The position numbers and the translations under genes are program-made. DNA of 64,000 bases. Origin: Lama guanicoe. Taxonomy: Eukaryota. This document shows positions 38,480-51,373 of the stretch, in pieces; the first letter of the stretch is position 1; every line of letters begins with the position of its first letter. Location: assembly GCA_013239625.1 (NCBI GenBank), contig MU054122.1, positions 62,001-126,000 on the forward strand, written 5' to 3'. Below the pieces are notes generated by a model, which did no database searches, was not told the DNA's origin, and saw only the letters and a program-made list of their open reading frames with translations.

Positions 38480-39440
38480 ATTTTGAAATAAAAGGGATGT
38501 GATACAAGGGATACTGAACAAAGGATTGTTCAATAAATGCATTTGGGGACACCCATTTCAAACCAGATCTCTATGTGATGCTATAGATTAAAATAAATCT
38601 CAAAAAGATCAAAGATTTTAATATTAGAAATAAATAGAAGTATGAAAGACCAGCTACTTGGTTATTTTTAAAGAGTTTGGTGGCAAAGGCCTAATTCTAA
38701 GAGGAGAAATTCTAAAAGAGAAGATTCACCTTTCTGACTACATAAAAAGTTTAAACTTCTAAATAGAAAAATTAAAATAAAAACAACTTGTTGTTTTTAG
38801 GAAAGGAGAATACATGTATCACATAAGATAACAAGATAATATCCTCACAGTACAAAATTTAATTTTACAGGTCAATAAAGCAGATGGATGATCAAGGGAC
38901 ATGAAAAATATTTTTACATGGCCAGCAAATATGTGAAAAGTATTCATTGTTAATTACTGAGAATCAAAAATTACTAAATCAAAACTAAAATAATGAGAAG
39001 GCAATTTTTGCCTATAAAATTGACCAAAATGAAAAATAACAGTAGTATCCATTATGGTCAAGAGTGGGATAAATGTATATTTTCACATACTACTACTGAG
39101 TATACAAGTGGATACATATTTGGGAGAAAATTTAGCAATACACACAGGTGGTGAAATTTCTTTCATGCAACATGGCGGATCCTGTTGGTTTTTCACCCTA
39201 AGTCCATTTTCTCTTACTTAGTAGTGACCTCCTTATTTTAACTAGGGGCATGGGTGCCTGAAACAAAGACTATATTTCCCAGACTCCCTTGCAGCCAGGC
39301 TTAGCCACTACACTTAGTTCAGACCAAAGGCATAGAAAGGGGAGTCCTTAAGAGAATTGACAGGTCTTCCTGTCTCCCTTTCTCCTTCCTGCTGGAATAC
39401 AGTCATGGATCAACCAGCTGGCTTTATTATCTTGGGAAAT
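38480..39440 (+). mobile_element. Old L1 fragments followed by an MLT1-like remnant
   Basis: ggattgttcaataaatg and aaatatgtgaaaagtattca (L1); tatatttcccagactcccttgcagccagg (MLT1). Confidence 0.55.
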
Positions 39441-39648
39441 AACTGCAAAATTTAGAGTAGATCATAAGAGCATAGTCTACTGCATCAAAAAAATAATCTA
39501 AATGTAGAGTTTTATAACATGGATTAATTTTTAGTTTGAAGATCAAAGTAAGAATTTTGAACATAGAGGATCTTGATTTTAAAATGCTGATTTGTTTTAG
39601 AAGGTCATGTTAAAAGACCCCAAACCAGAGGGAGAGATGAGTCATTAC

Positions 39649-39744
39649 CCAGAAGTGAGGAGCATGACGCATGTGGGTGGCAGCCTCCGTTATCCACTGA
39701 GCACAGGTCTATGAGTGTGCACACTCTTCCATCGCCCTGGTACC
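39649..39744 (-). CDS. CUBN: Cubilin exon 10 (EGF-like)
   Basis: 96 nt, YQGDGRVCTLIDLCSVDNGGCHPHASCSSLL(G); cag| and |GTAATG. Confidence 0.95.
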
Positions 39745-40592
39745 CTGATCACAGCAAGAGCAAGGGCATGAAAAATGCTGTTAGGAATACGCAAGAAGAA
39801 GAATCCCCACCTGAGCACCAAATATCACGAACCAGGCCAACCAGAGACTTTCTGTCATCAAAACAGAAAATGTAAAGAGAATGTGTCATCAAATAAATTC
39901 CATAGTTAAGACAAAGGAACAACAAGAAGTAAGAACCTGATTTCAGAAACAATGTTCTGTGTTGTTTCTTATGACAAAAATAAAAATAAAAAGATACATG
40001 AAACTACTGGTAGACTTAGAAATTGTGGACACTAAGGAAGTTGACATTTTTAAATTACAGTGACTTTGAAGATCTTGGAGCTAAATTATTACAGAAGTCC
40101 AAAGTACTGTTGTTTCTTGTTAATAAAACATACAGGGTTTCAGTTTATCCCTTAGAACTCCCTGAACTTCTTGGATAGCAATTCACTTTAGATTAGTGAA
40201 TAGTAGTCATGGCTTCTTTCTGGAAGAGAAGGGAAACTAACATGTATGATATGCTCACTATTATGTCTATAATTTAGTAAACTTTATATGGAAAACATCC
40301 AATGAGTTCATTACATTAATAAATTATTTGTGGGAACGGTAGGTCTGTGATCCACAGAGAAAAATCTGTCAAATTCAGCATTATCTCAATAGAGTATTTC
40401 ACAGTTTGTAAAGGCTTGCTGTTCTCCAGTGATATTCAAAATTTTTTTTATTTCTTTCTTATAATTTGACTGGCTTTTTGCACCATTCAGTTCGTCTCCT
40501 TAGATGGAAGTCATATTTAAAATAGAACCTGAGATCCTGTTTTCAAACGTATACTTTATCTATGATGGTTATCAGGAAATTTGGTGTAGCAC

Positions 40593-40724
40593 CTGGCGGA
40601 CAGGAACGACAGTAGTAAGATCCAACTGTATTTACACACTCGACAGGTGGAGCCACGGAACAACCGCCATTATTTATCTCACATTCATTGACATCCTCAC
40701 AAATGTACCCATTTCCTTGCCAGC
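40593..40724 (-). CDS. CUBN: Cubilin exon 9 (EGF-like, Ca-binding)
   Basis: 132 nt, [43 protein letters not shown](G); tag| and CAG|GTGCTA. Confidence 0.95.
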
Positions 40725-40779
40725 CTAGAAAAACAGGAGATTTGAAAAGTTAGCTGTACCGACATGTGAGCAAAGAAGA

Positions 40780-41760
40780 AATACAAATAGTCAAAAACAT
40801 ACGCAAACCTGCTTACCTATATAAGAAACTTCAGATTAAAATGAGATATACTCTACCTATCAGATTGGCAAAAATTGTTTTAAAAACTTATAATGAAATT
40901 CTAGCACAGAGGTTGGGAGCATGGAGTACTCGTATATGCTGTTAGTCAGAAGTTAAATTAATCAAATCTATTTGGAAAGAGTATTCATTAAAAATTTTTA
41001 AATACACACCTTTGGACTAACAATTCCATTTCTTAGAACTTATTCTACAATGATAAAACTGCCAGTGTAAAAAGATGAAGAGAAGCAAATGTCTACTGTA
41101 GCATCATTTAATGGGGGAAAAAAACAACTCTCAATGGTCTACAAGGGCAGAGCTGAATATATTATGACTCATCTACACCACTGGAAAATAAAAGCTATTT
41201 TTAATAATATGCACACACACATTGAAAGAATTTCCCCTATGCATTTGAATTGAAGATACCAAATATTAGAATGATATGCAGAGCTAGGATCTCAGTTTGG
41301 GGAACGGATTATTTCAAAACCTACATCTAGGTATGTGTGTCTGTATGAGTTAAAGTAAAGGTAGAAAGGAGAGAGAATAGTTGCAAGCAGTGGTCTTATC
41401 AGAAGAATGAGCTTAAAGAGGAAGAAAGAGAGTGGCATTTTACTTGATGGGCATGACCTTTTTATTCACTTGTTACGAGTTTTATTACTAATAATTCAAA
41501 TGATTAAAATTTTTAAAACTTTAAAATACTATAAAGTATTTATTTTCTTTGATCTAAGTAGTGATCTCTCCTAAAAATGAAAGAAAATGGTCATCTTTGC
41601 AGGTGAAGAAATGAGTGCACGGCAAAAAGCTGGAAGGATATACCCTGAAACATTAACGGTGGTTCTATGTATTTTTTTCTGGTTTTTGTTTTCATATTTT
41701 TATGGTTTCTCTATATTTCAAAAGCAGCGTAGTTTGCTTTGATAGTCAGGAAAAAATAAG
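40780..41760 (+). mobile_element. L1ME-type 3'-end fragments
   Basis: aaaatgagatatactctacctatcagattggcaaaaatt; caattccatttcttagaacttatt; ctggaaggatataccc. Confidence 0.55.
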
Positions 41761-42129
41761 GTGACTAACAGCCAAACAAAAAGGTTTCGCTTCTCTTTTT
41801 CCTCTCTAACAACAACAACAACAAAATGAGAATGCGTTTGCCCAAGTTACACAGGAAATAATTTACTTTTTCAATTTCTAGTTTTTAAAGATTGTCATTG
41901 GCAAATTGTCTTTAAGAATGTGATTATTAAAAAAAAAAAGAATGTGATTATTTGCAAAATTCGCTTGCCCCTGAGAACTAAGAGGGAAAAGTTCTTGACA
42001 TGTTTTTTTTCCATTTCTTTCCAGTTGTATAAGATCGAAACATACAACATGAAGAAAGTCACTAAACCAGACATCCTTAAATGAGGCAGTAGGTGTGTGG
42101 GGTTCCCTGGCAAGACAGAATCAGCAGCT

Positions 42130-42340
42130 CAGCTCTAACCCACGGTCAAGCAGACCTGAGTTTGAATCCTGGCCGCTGATAAGCTCTTGGATCTTGGGCA
42201 AGTTATTTACCTTCTCTTAGGCTCAAGGTCTTATATTTTAAAATGGGAATAATACTAATTCCTACCATTTCTTGTTTCTGTCATAGTTGGCATGAATTCG
42301 AAGTCGCCTAGCACAATGCCCTGATGACGTTTTCATTAAG
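42130..42340 (+). mobile_element. MIR SINE
   Basis: cagacctgagtttgaatcctgg...cttgggcaagttatttaccttctct...taaaatgggaataata. Confidence 0.7.
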
Positions 42341-43103
42341 AGCAGCTGCTGTCACTCCAGTCTTGTGCTCCACTTTTTGAGAACACCCAAGGAGGGCAGA
42401 CAGGCCTTGTAAACCCTCTGAGGTCTGGTCAATTGCTAACCAGTGCACCCAGCTCAGCGCCTGGCTCAGAGCGGGTGCTCTGCCAGTATGCCCTAACGGG
42501 ATAATGATGACCTCATAGTAAAACATTAAGTTTGACTCGAACTCACGCAGTCAAATCCTGAGTCCATGTTCCCAGTGACTGGACATGTGACCTCCCTTTG
42601 AGGTTTGGCCTCTCTGGGTTTGTGATGGAACTGGACCATCTTGTTTATAGCAAAGCCCCAGGGTCTTCAAACAACGCATCCAGGTGAGGACCACTGGACG
42701 GTAGTGAAGACACTCAGAGATCAATTTGCCCAAGTTTACAAACATCTGGCTGGTACAAAAGGTGGAACTAGAGCACGTGTCTTTTTGATCCCAAGCCTAG
42801 TCAGTTGATGGCCCTAGCAATAAAGTGTGTGAGCTCACAAACTCTATGGCCAACCCCAGCCCCAATGTCTGATTCTAGCTATGCTGGGACAAATTTCCCA
42901 TTACTTCTGTTGAACTGTTAAACCAGTTAGATGGTCTGGAGTGGGGGTTAGTGAAACAGGACATGAAACTGGATTGGAACACCTGCTAAGAAGGGTCTTC
43001 TTGTCCTTGGGCAGTGGAAAGAAATCAGTTCCGGCGTCTTACCTGGCTGGCCTGCAGAGGCCAGCAGGGCACCCCTGGCTGGATGCAGACACACCCCACT
43101 TAC

Positions 43104-43266
43104 CTGTTGGACAGGCCCCGCAGTAGAAGGAGCCTGGAGTGTTGTAACATTGCACAAGTGATGAGCAAGGCGGAGGCCAGAGGCTGCACTCATCTGTGTC
43201 CAGCGTGCAGGCTGTGCTGTCGGAGGGGGACGTCCACCCAGCATCGCAGATGCAGCTGTACTTGGG
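43104..43266 (-). CDS. CUBN: Cubilin exon 8 (EGF-like)
   Basis: 163 nt, PKYSCICDAGWTSPSDSTACTLDTDECSLWPPPCSSLVQCYNTPGSFYCGACPT(G); cag| and |GTAAGT. Confidence 0.96.
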
Positions 43267-44226
43267 CTGGCAGGACAACCCGGGTGTGAAGGAAGACAAT
43301 CAAGAAAATGAGCGAGAAAAGCCTTCCAAATTCCACTGAGCCCCCCGACTGTTTATTTTCTAACGTTCGTTCATTTCCATGAGGCCAACTGAGCAGCCGC
43401 TCCTTTTCTTCCCATGTGATTAAGCATTTAGACCAGACCATGCAAAAAGAGAAACTTTATTTCAGAGTAAGGGAAACCTACAATTTGCCCCCCAAAGAAG
43501 CCAGGGAACGAGCAACAACAGTCAAGAGCTGTTAAGTCAATATAATTAAAGTCAATCAACTCAGCCTGCTGTGCTTTCAGAGGGAAAAACACCCATGTAG
43601 GCACAGACCTTGGAAAATCAATTCTGTTTGTTTCCTTTTTGAAGGTCCCACCCACATCCCCCCTCCCACCCTCGTTGGAAGAGAAACATTTTCCATCACA
43701 TGGGTAGAAAAAAAATAGAACTAAAAAAAAAGGCCTGAAGGTCTCATGCAAGGTCAAGCAGACCAGGGCTGGGCGACCTTGAGGTCCAGGAGTCAGGGTC
43801 ATCAGGGCTCAGAGCACAGGGGACACTTGGGGAAATGGGCTCACAGAGTCTGCAGCACTCACAGGGCTCAGAGGTCAGAAAAAAAATTCTGACTCCTTAA
43901 AGCTGCATGCTGCAAACAAGGGCGGGCCTTTATGTCCCCATGTCTTGTCACTGTTAAAACTCACAAGGCCAAGAGAAGGTCATGTCTCACAGGGAGATTC
44001 ATGAAGGAGTAATAAAAAAGTTAGTACATAACAACATCAACCCCTGGGTCCCTTTCTGCTTATTGATGGACAATTCTCATCTCCTCCTTCACCTATGCCC
44101 GGCTTAAGGGCAGAGGGTGACTTCCTCTCTGCAGCCCCACAGGGTCCTGCTCATTCACAGTTACATATAATGAGGAGCTAATGACCAGGACTCCCTCCAA
44201 GGAATCCCACCCATGAAGGAACCCAC

Positions 44227-44353
44227 CTGTCCAGCCTGCACTCGGACCAGATCCTCGCAGACGCCGTGGACACAGTGCAACCGGGAGCCCCCTTCACAGT
44301 CATCATATTTGGATGCACACTGGGGGCCGTGGTTCTCAGGGGAGCAGAGACAA
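44227..44353 (-). CDS. CUBN: Cubilin exon 7
   Basis: 127 nt, [42 protein letters not shown]; cag| and CAG|GTGGGT. Confidence 0.96.
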
Positions 44354-45626
44354 CTGTTGGTTGCACAAGAGCACAAAGTCACTGCTGGTGCTTCAGAGAG
44401 CATGTCTGCTTTCTTAGCATCGATTAAAAAAAAAAGTAGTAATTCCAATTGCAAGTCAGTGATGTTCCAGTGGAATCATAAACCAGCAAACCAGATTTAT
44501 TGGCTGGAGTTTTGGAAGAAGATCACTCTGCCCTTTATGGGGCAGATTGAGTAAATGTGTTATCTTCTGAAATATGGGGTGAGAGGAGCATGACTACCGC
44601 TATAAATTCTTCTGATATCAGGTCATCCAGCTGCACTCTCAAAGGTCAGGCATCTATAAACTAAGGGGGTTGGAGTTCATTCCAGTTGGGAAAGGGAGAG
44701 GTCGTCAAGTCCATTCATTGTCCACCCACCCTTACTGGACCCACGAGTAAGCACAGGTGACCTTGACTGAACAGATAAATCACCAAATGTTCTCTCAGCT
44801 TGTATGACCTCACAGGCAATGGCATATCCGCGTCTCAGAGTCTGTGATGATGATTATACTAGGAAGGCAGTACTTCTATCCATGGATGTAATTAACATAG
44901 TAACATTTCTTTCCTAGATCATTGTAACTCACACAGTGTAATTATTACATGATAGCTAAGCTAGCAGTGGGTGTTTTGAGATTTCAGTTCAGTAATGAGC
45001 AAATAAATACAATTGTTTTAAGCTATCATCATCTCAAAGTTGCTGTTAGCTCTATGTCTGTACTGCCAGCTACAGAGGGAACCAGGACAGAGTGGGATGG
45101 TGGCTGGGGGAGGGGCAGGGGCAGGGGCAGAGGCATCCCCCAGTCCCCTAGACTTAATTCCATGCGTTGGAGCACCCGTGTTGGGAGTGAGAGCCCGGCC
45201 CAGAGGTCACTGTCTGCCTGACTCCAGCCACACTGGCCCTCAGAAAAGAAACTGGCCACTGGGGCCGAGGATCAGAAACAAAGAATGAGGAGGACCTGTA
45301 TGGCCGTGGACCTTGAACTTGTTTCTGAGTGTTTCAGTAAAGGGGCCACTGTGCCAGGTCAGGAAGTTCTTTTAACAACACATATTGAGGCACAAAGAGC
45401 TCAGCTGATGTCTGTGGGTAAAAACAAACATGTGATTGACAGCGAGGGAAATGAGTAGCAACAAGAGCTACGCTCTGGGCACAGAGCGTGGTCTCCCCAT
45501 GGAGGGCCCCAGAAACAACTGCTGGGGCAGCTCATCTGAGTGGGTTCTAAGGAAGAGCAGATCAATGAATGTGGCCAGAGATGGAGAGGAAGAGTATGGT
45601 GGGTATTGTTCAGGCCCTCACACAGA

Positions 45627-45750
45627 GGGTTGCCAGAACTAGCAGATAAAGATACAGGATGCCCAGTTGAAAATTTGAATTTCAGATGAATGAATACTTT
45701 GGGGGGGATAAGTATGTCCCATGCAATTTGCAACATTGATACATAGTTGT
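45627..45750 (+). mobile_element. MER53-like hAT element (partial)
   Basis: gggttgccaga...atacaggatgcccagtt...tttgaatttcagat...ataagtatgtcccatgcaat. Confidence 0.6.
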
Positions 45751-48700
45751 GTAAAAGCTGGTCCATTAAGAAGTTACATTTCTGAGCCTTCCAAGGTTGC
45801 CTTTCTCATTAAGACAAGGTCACAGGTTAATAGCAATCCATGATTAAACTTAAAAAAGAAACTCAATTAGTCCTTCCCTCCCCACAGCTGTTTATCTGCT
45901 TCTCATCTCTTGCTTTCCACCCTCCCCCTCTCATATTCTCTTTCCTTTCCTCTTTGCTTTCCCATCCTTCCCCAGAATATTATTTCAGAGAATTTGATTA
46001 GACTCTTAGAGATGCTAGAACTATAGGCCATTTCTAAACACATTTGAGGATTTGATCCAGGTGGCTTCCTGGATAAAAGTTTATTTTATCAGCACCTCCA
46101 CCTGCCAAAAAAAAAATTTTTTTTTTAATCTTTAAACCAACTATAACTAGATTTCTGAGTCGATCATGTATGAGATGTCTGAGAATTCAGGAGCCCATGG
46201 GACAAGAATGCCTAGGTTTAAATCTTGACTCAGCCTATTCACTATTCACCCTAGACAATGTCATAATAACATCACTCCTTCTGCCTCCATTTTTTTGTAA
46301 AATAATAATGGCAATCGGTGAGCACAGTTTTCACCTTGGGGTCTAAAGGCATTTTCCTGTAGGAAGTGCTCAGGAAACTGTGTTTATCTCATCACTAAGT
46401 GTTTTACTATTGGAAAAGGACTTGAGATTTGAGAGATTCTGGTGCAAGGACCTGCTGTTAAATCCTCTCTTTCTCTCTCCCTTGCTATTGTCATTGAGAG
46501 ATGAGTAGATTTTAATCCTACACGCTTCCTTAAACAGTTACAAAGTATACTTCTTTCATTTCAGATAATGCTAGAAAAAAGAAAGAGGTAGAGAGGAAGG
46601 AAGCCAAGTACACTAGCAATTTCCTCACTATGATCCTGGAAGACAAGTATTTTTAATCCCACTTTACTGGCAAGGTTCAAATTGCCCAAGGCGCAAAATT
46701 AGCAACTGGCAAAAGATGAATTAAAACTTGGTCAGCGTTATTCCTGTACCATTGTTTTTCCGTGTCACATTCCCACGTTCTGAAAGTGAGAGTTAGTTGA
46801 AGACTTTCCATTTTTGCCTGTCTTTTTAACATCACAGTGTTTGCATGCAAAATGTGTTTTCAAGGTGTCCCTTTAAAGAAAAAGAGGAGTGAAGTGTACA
46901 CGTCCCTGCAGAAGTCACTTTTGTAATGACCTTCCATTGCTGATTTGGTTCCAGCAAAACAAAACTGGGCTTTTCAGTCTTCAAAAACACTGCAAGTGCA
47001 TTTGGCAATGGAAAAGAGGTCACATATACTTTCAAAGTCATAGTTTAACTTGCATTCGAGTCCATGGTTCAATTTTAATGTAACTGACTAACTAAAAGAG
47101 GTAATCAGATTAATACGTAACTATGATCTGAGCTGAAACCAGATTATTATCCTCATCATTTAACCTCGGTCGGTTTTAAAATCCACCAATGGTAAGAATG
47201 AAAATAAATAAAATAAAATATAATCATCATTGTGCCCCTAGAGGAAAACAAAACAACAAATTCTACTTTTTTTTTTCTATAAAGCCTTCTAGATTCTGTG
47301 CCTGAAGTATATAACATACCCCATCCATGCATGGCATATTTGGATCCCATGGGCTGTTTTAAACTGATAGTAAATCAGGAAACAATAAGAATCAATCTTC
47401 AGAAAAAAAAAGGCAAATGCACTTTTGAGGAGCGGCAAAATATTGTCTGTTAGCTGTCTGAGCACCTGGGACAAGACCATGAGCCACAGAAACCGGAGGA
47501 AACAGATCATGGTTTTCCTTGCTCTACTGTCATTATCCTAAAAAAAGAATTTGTACCAAAAATTTTTCTATGAAATGGGGCTTCCAATTAATTATTATTT
47601 GCCTAGTGTTTTCTCTTCCAAATGTCCTTCTAATTAAAAAATTATTAATCCTTTTAAATAAAGACAGCTTTGTCTCCCCCAAATAAATGGGCTTCAAGAA
47701 TTAGAGGCTGAAGGAGGCTTCAAACTCAACACAGATGCTTCCCACGGCGGCCACATTTCTTCACATCCAGATTATTCAATAGCAGCTCAAGTCTTCCTTC
47801 AGCAAATGCCCCATGAAGTTTCCAGAGGGGGGTTCTGGTCTCAGGGAAGCTACTGATTAACAAGGATTTATCCTTACATGATTAACAGAACTCGAGAGAG
47901 TAAGTCATCTCTTTCATGTCACGTAGATTCCACAAGGCGAGCATTTAATCTTATGCTCACCCACATTTGTCTCTTTTATTCCTTCACAAAGTCTTCATCG
48001 TATGTCTGAACTGGAGTATTTAGGTCATAGATAATCAACTGGAATTCATGAGGCTCCCTAAACTATCCCCTTTATCAAGAGGAGGAAACCAGACTGAAAT
48101 GCTGTGCTCTCTAGTCACCTCCTGCATATGAAAGGCAGAAACAAGAAACCAAACCACTTCCAGAGTCAGCACAATGAGTCCATGGGCTCCTTTTACAGGA
48201 GCATGCAAGACAGATGATTCAGTGTCGCCCTTCTAAAGTTGAATCTGCTGTTTGGGCAGCTCTCAACAAATAAAGTGGTTCTGCTCTGTCTGTCTCTGTC
48301 TCTGTGTCTCTCTTTGTCTCGCTTTCACGTATCGGGACAAATAACTAATCTTGACATGCAGCAAATTCTCATGTTAATTTTTTTCTTTTCCTTTCCATTT
48401 TGCAGGGGTGAAAATACAGTTTTTTCTGTGTGGGGGAAACCATTCTGGCTTGGTCTATGGGTCTCACTGCCCTTGGCTGCACGTCTTTGTTAGTGTGTTG
48501 GCTTCAAGAGTCAAGAAGACAGTGATAATAAAGACCAAGAGTGAGCTCTCATCTCCAGGACATTCCTGGATACCAGCAAGATGGGACGTTATCAGTGCCA
48601 GGAGTTCTTTGCCACCGATATCTCCACGCAGAAATCTTCTCTGATAAATGCCCATAAACAGAAATCAGGAGATAATGCTTTCAAGGGAATGAAAGATTAG

Positions 48701-50089
48701 ACCTGCATTCTGGATCCAGCCCAAGTTTGCATGTTTATGAAAGCAGGGATCAGGAGATTCCTTTAAATGAGAAACGAAATCCAGAAAGCAAAAGGCTCTT
48801 GGATCACATACTTCATTTCAGTGAGAGGTGGTTAACTTGGGGGTTGCACACTGCTCAAACTCATAGACGTATCCACCAGAAGTTTGAATGAGTTAAGTTG
48901 GTAACTTGGAATGAGCAAACATTTTTAGGATCAGATCAAAAGAACAAAAGGATCAACTAAATCAATGAAAAAGAGAAAGATTGTGGCGACTCTGGGAGAA
49001 AATAGTGTGTTCACAGATGACAAGGCAAAAAAAAAAATTACTGCACTCCTTTTTGTTGGAAAGAAGAGAATGGATCTTGTTCCAAGGGAAGAACAAGAGA
49101 GCAGGGACCCTGGGGGGAGAGAAATGATTGCTCTTTACTCCAGTGAGACTGTGCCCGAGAGGATTTGCCGTAACTGAACCAATTTCTTTATCTTTTAATA
49201 ATCACAGGAAACAGGAGACCAGCCAAACTATGGGGACAGATCATGCCTAAAGATTTTCTAAAGGTGATTTCAAGGAACTATACAGAAGGAAGTTTGACAT
49301 TGACCTGCCATAAACTTTGGGCCTTGATTATTGACAAGAGGGTGCACCAGTCAATATAGCTTTAATGACCAGATCCGGAGAGTCTGGTGAGAACAACGAG
49401 GCGCTGGGATGCCTAACTGGGCTTCTTAAGGGAAGGGAAGACTTCCTGTAGCGGGGGGGGGTGCCTGAGCTGAGTGGGAGAATGCTGTACACAAGCCATC
49501 TGACGGAGTCATTCAGAAGAGAAGACAGGAGCCGCATGCAGTAAGGGGCCTGATGGCTAATGGAAGAGAGAAAGGACAGTTAGCTGTAAAACCTGTTCCA
49601 TCTCTGGTCTGGTGATGGTCTACACTGTACCTAGCGCTTGAACAGAGATACCTTTACTAAATCTGCCAGCTCTCTCATCTACAGAATGAGTGCAGCAGTG
49701 GCTGGCTGGGATGGTGGGGTCTCCCTCTCCTTCCTTAAGCTCTTCTTCAGTGGCTGCCCCTTCGATGCTCTGACTCCTGCATCTCCAGCCTTATCCTGTA
49801 CCATGCCATCCACACTCTCCGCACCATCCTCACTCTCTACGCCAGCCACGGGGGGTGGCCTTCTTCCAGTTCCACAGGGGCTCCAGAGAAAGGATTTCTT
49901 CATCTGCCTTGAGGTCACACAAGCTTTTCTTCATCTAAGTAAACAGCTACGTGTACGCTAATGAAGTGCCACGTAGCTTCCTCATGGAGCGCCTAGTTTT
50001 GCTGGTACTACAGATAGCTAATCTTAGATGCTCTTAACCACGGGATGTTTTAGTCCTTCAAAAATACACCCCAATTTTATTTAAAAAAC

Positions 50090-50308
50090 AGGAAAAAGTG
50101 ACAGTTTTGAGCTAAAGCTTTCAGAGACTTGATATGTTTCTTTTCAACTCTCTGGGAGCTTTTGACCTTGGCCAGGAGAAGGACATTCCTCAGGGAGCTG
50201 GGGCACCCCCAGCCCAGGCCCAAGAATGAGACATGCAAACCCAGCTGGAGCAGAGCCACCATGGCTAATATGCTGACCCATGAGTATGAAAAATAAATAC
50301 TTATTGGG
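50090..50308 (+). mobile_element. MLT1-like LTR fragment next to the exon 6 donor
   Basis: cccagctggagcagagcca...gctgacccatgagtatgaaaaataaatacttattg. Confidence 0.45.
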
Positions 50309-50336
50309 CTAAAAAAAAAAAAAAGGAAAAAGTTAC

Positions 50337-50440
50337 CTGTAACTCCCTGCTGTATTTATACAGGTGGCTCCGTTCTGGCAGCCCAACGGTGTCCCCGCGT
50401 AAATCTCACATTCGTTAACGTCCACTGAGCACAGAGGACC
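50337..50440 (-). CDS. CUBN: Cubilin exon 6 (EGF-like 2, Ca-binding)
   Basis: 104 nt, [34 protein letters not shown](S); cag| and AG|GTAACT. Confidence 0.96.
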
Positions 50441-51104
50441 CTGCGTTCATACAGAGAACAAAGTCGGGTGCCACAGGTCACAGAGGCCTCTGGGGCCAAT
50501 ATTCACATGATACGTCTGAGGATTGACAGATGGGCAGGAAAGAAGCCCTCAGTCAAATGCCATCATGTTAAAACTGACCTCGGGTCATCCTTCCTCTGGA
50601 ACTCAGAGGTGGCCCAACAGAGCCAGAGAGCTTCTTCATAAGATCACATCAGCCACACCAGAGAATTCCTTCTACCAACTCATCCTCACTTCCCTGTGGA
50701 GCTATGCCTGGGACTAGCCACTTCACTTTTCTTCACCGCGTGTGTCAGATAGCACTCCCATCGTTAACAGAAGAGGGCAGGAGAACTGGCAGGGCTAGGT
50801 CGAGATGTGTTTAGTACATTCAATGCTGAACAATTTCAATTAATGTCAGCAGGACTATCACGCCCTTCCCTGTGGTTGTCCAATCAAGTGAACCCCTCCT
50901 TAAGAGGGCTTCGCATGCAGTGGGCTATATAATCACGCTCGCCACTGTTTGGATTTTGGCATTCATGCCATAATTCATTCTGATTTGGGAGACCACAGAA
51001 TCCTGGAAACCCTGGACAGAGAATGAAATAGGATTCTGAAGGGTTCCCAAGAAACCACCGATGCTGACTCACCATCATTTTTAACCCCAGACCAAGTGAC
51101 TCAC

Positions 51105-51206
51105 CTTCCACTGGGAGGGACAGATACAAAAAAAGGAACCATGGAGGTTGAGGCAGGTTCCACCGTGTTGGCAGGGGTTGCTGCTGCAAACCTTTTGCTC
51201 AATGGT
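51105..51206 (-). CDS. CUBN: Cubilin exon 5 (EGF-like 1)
   Basis: 102 nt, [34 protein letters not shown]; cag| and AAG|GTGAGT. Confidence 0.96.
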
Positions 51207-51286
51207 CTGAAACAAAGACAGGATGGTCAGCAAGACAGTCACATTTGCTGTGTTTCAGTGCCGGTGTGTACAAAGCACTACATTTG

Positions 51287-51373
51287 CATTGTGCTGTACA
51301 GCAGAAATTGACACAACAGTGTAAACTGACTACACTTCAATAAAAATATATACATATAAGAAAAAAAAACACC
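51287..51373 (+). mobile_element. Very short L1 3'-tail insertion with TSD
   Basis: gctgtacagcagaaattgacacaacagtgtaaactgactacacttcaataaaaa resembles the reverse complement of the 7362 terminus; flanked by CTACATTTG at 51278-51286 and 51374-51382. Confidence 0.8.
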
